This document shows, in pieces, positions 61,965 through 64,000 of a stretch of 64,000 nt of DNA; position 1 is the stretch's first letter; every line of letters starts with the position of its first letter. The stretch spans positions 2,728,001 to 2,792,000 of the forward strand of contig JBNRSN020000006.1 of the NCBI GenBank assembly GCA_051313645.2. Reading direction: 5' to 3'. A program made the position numbers and the translations under genes. A model generated the notes under the pieces. It worked only from the letters and a program-made list of their open reading frames with translations. It searched no databases and was not told the DNA's origin. This DNA comes from Centroscyllium fabricii. Lineage: Eukaryota.

Positions 61965-62150
61965 AATGCAAGAAGTCAGATAACACCAGGTTATAGTCCA
62001 ACAGTTTTATTTGAAATCACAAGCTTTCAGAGCGTTGCTCCTTCCTCAGGTGAAAGAGAAGTTTCAAATAAAACTCTTGGACTATAACCTGGTGTTGTGT
62101 AACTTCTTGCATTTGTCCACCCCAGTCCAACACCGGTACCTCCACATCAT
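61965..62150. mobile_element. Penelope pLTR-derived fold-back element with 12-bp TSD
   Basis: Inverted arms; agaaaataagca at 61953-61964 and 62151-62162. Confidence 0.88.
62017..62053 (-). ncRNA. Minimal type I hammerhead ribozyme motif (PLE-associated)
   Basis: Minus strand: UCAC-CUGAGGA-A-GGAGC-aac-GCUCU-GAAA-GC-UU-GUGA (G-U pair in stem II). Confidence 0.72.
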
Positions 62151-62486
62151 AGAAAATAAGCAGGGTAAGAAATAAATCCTCATATGAACCGAGAAAGCAC
62201 CATCACACCCGCCTCCCACTGGACCCTCCATCTTCTCTCAATGGGGAACGGCAGGTCTCACTTGTCATTTAATGAAGCAGTTATTTTACATGAAATGTTC
62301 AGGATGTAGCTAAATCCATTCAAATATCCTTGAGACATAAAGAGCGCACTTTTGAAGGCAGTAGGATTATCGGATTTACTCAACACCATGGTGAACATTT
62401 TTACATCCTGTCACTCAGCTAATATTGTCCAAAGTCTGACCACCATGCAGGGGTCGGACAACAGGAAAGGCAACCATTTCAGTTCA

Positions 62487-63490
62487 ACAACAAACTGCCT
62501 TTATATAGCACCATCAACGTAGTAAAAACATCTCACGTTGCTTCATGGGAGTGATTAGAAAACCACATTTTTGACACCGAGGAAGGAGCTATTCGGACAG
62601 GTGACCAAAGGCTTAATCAAAGAGGTCGGTTTTAAGAAGCATTTTAAAGGAGGAGAGAGGTGGAGAGGTTTAGGGCGGGAATTCCAGAGCTTCGGGGGAA
62701 GGCAGCTGATGGCACGGCCGCCAATGTTGGAGCGATTAAAATCGGGGATGCGCAAGAGTCTAGAATTGGATAAGTGTAGAGGTCTCGGAGAGTTGTAGGG
62801 CTGGAAGAGATCACAGAGATAGGGAGGGGTGAGGCCATAGATGAATTTGAAAACAGGAATAAGAATTTTAAAACTGAGGCCGGACCAGGAGCCAATGTAT
62901 GTCAGCTATAATAGGGGTGATGGGGGCTTGGTGCGAGTTAAGTACACGGGTAGCAGAGCTTTGGAGGAGCTCAAGTTTACAGAGGGTACAAGGTGGGAGA
63001 CAGGTCAGGAGGACATTGGAATAGGTGAGTCCAGCAGTAACAAAGGCATGGATGAGGGCTTCAACAGCACAGGAGCTGTGGCAGGGGTGGAGACGGGCGA
63101 TGTTACGGAGGTGGAAGGAGGTGATTTTGGTGATGCAGAGGATATGGAGTCGGAAGCTCAGCTCAGGGTCAAGTAGGGTACCAAGGTCATGAACGGTCTG
63201 CTTCAGCCTCAGACAGTTGCCAGGAAGAGGGATGGAGTCATTGGTTGGGGAACGGAGTTTGTAGCGGAGACTGAAAACAACAGCTTCAGTCTTCCCAATA
63301 TTTAATTGGATAAAATTTCTACTCATCCAATACTGGATGTCGGACCAGGCAGCGTGGAGGAATCCAGAGAATTGGTGGTGAGGTGGAGCTGGGTGTCGTC
63401 AGCATACATGTGGAACCTGATGTGTTTTCGGATGATGCCACTGAGGGGCAGCATGTAGTTGAGAAATAGGAGGGGGCCAAGGATATGGGG
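62487..63490 (-). mobile_element. L2 LINE RT C-terminal fragment plus 3' end
   Basis: LGPLLF..YMLPL, YADDTQL, QLNIGKTEAVVF, LRNIARL, HAFVT, KLWNS. Confidence 0.92.
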
Positions 63491-64000
63491 GGAATAGTTA
63501 CATTTTGGGGAATTATCATTTTTATCTCCCTTCCCACTCACACAGGAACAATTATGACAAACAAACAAACGCAAATGGAAAACAGCTCCTGCAGCTCTGT
63601 CGAAGCCTGGGTCTGTACATTGTCAATGGTAGGTTCAGAGGGGACTCCCTAGGAAGACCAACCTACTCTTCACTTCTTGGCACCAGCACCGTAGACTATA
63701 TGATTACGGATCTGGATCCATCCTCTTTCAGAGCGTTCACAGTCAAACAGCAAACACCTCTGTCAGATCACAGCCAAATTACTGCGTATATCAAAAGAGC
63801 GGAAACAACCATCACAGAAACACAGCCCAGTAAGCTGTACAAAATTAAAAAATCATACAGATGGGCCCAAAACAGCACTGAAAAATACCAAAAAGCAATT
63901 AGCAGTCAATCAACTCAATCGCTCTTAGGCACCTTTCTGGAAAACACATACACCCACAATAAAGAAGGCGTAAACCTGGCAGTGAACAACATTAATAATA

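Overview
Eukaryotic DNA, almost certainly from a cartilaginous fish (shark-like), judged from CR1/HER1-type LINEs, HE1/V-SINE and SacSINE1/Deu-type SINEs, L2 and Penelope relics. No host protein-coding exon could be assigned with confidence. The window reads as a large intron or gene desert: about 20 kb of tandem arrays, many nested retroelements, a few DNA-transposon MITEs, and repeat-free TAAT-rich islands that look like conserved non-coding elements. The long ORFs in the track are retroelement RT/endonuclease fragments or artefacts of tandem repeats. The most notable observations are: (1) short Penelope-derived fold-back elements, three with 12-bp target-site duplications and three with intact-looking minimal type I hammerhead cores; (2) a ~7 kb 32-bp satellite in which nearly every unit carries a heat-shock-element dyad and 11 units carry a perfect three-unit HSE; (3) a CpG-rich 775-bp PIF/Harbinger-type MITE; (4) a candidate 19-nt minus-strand microexon with a downstream RBFOX motif. 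All family names come from recognition by eye, not from a database search.
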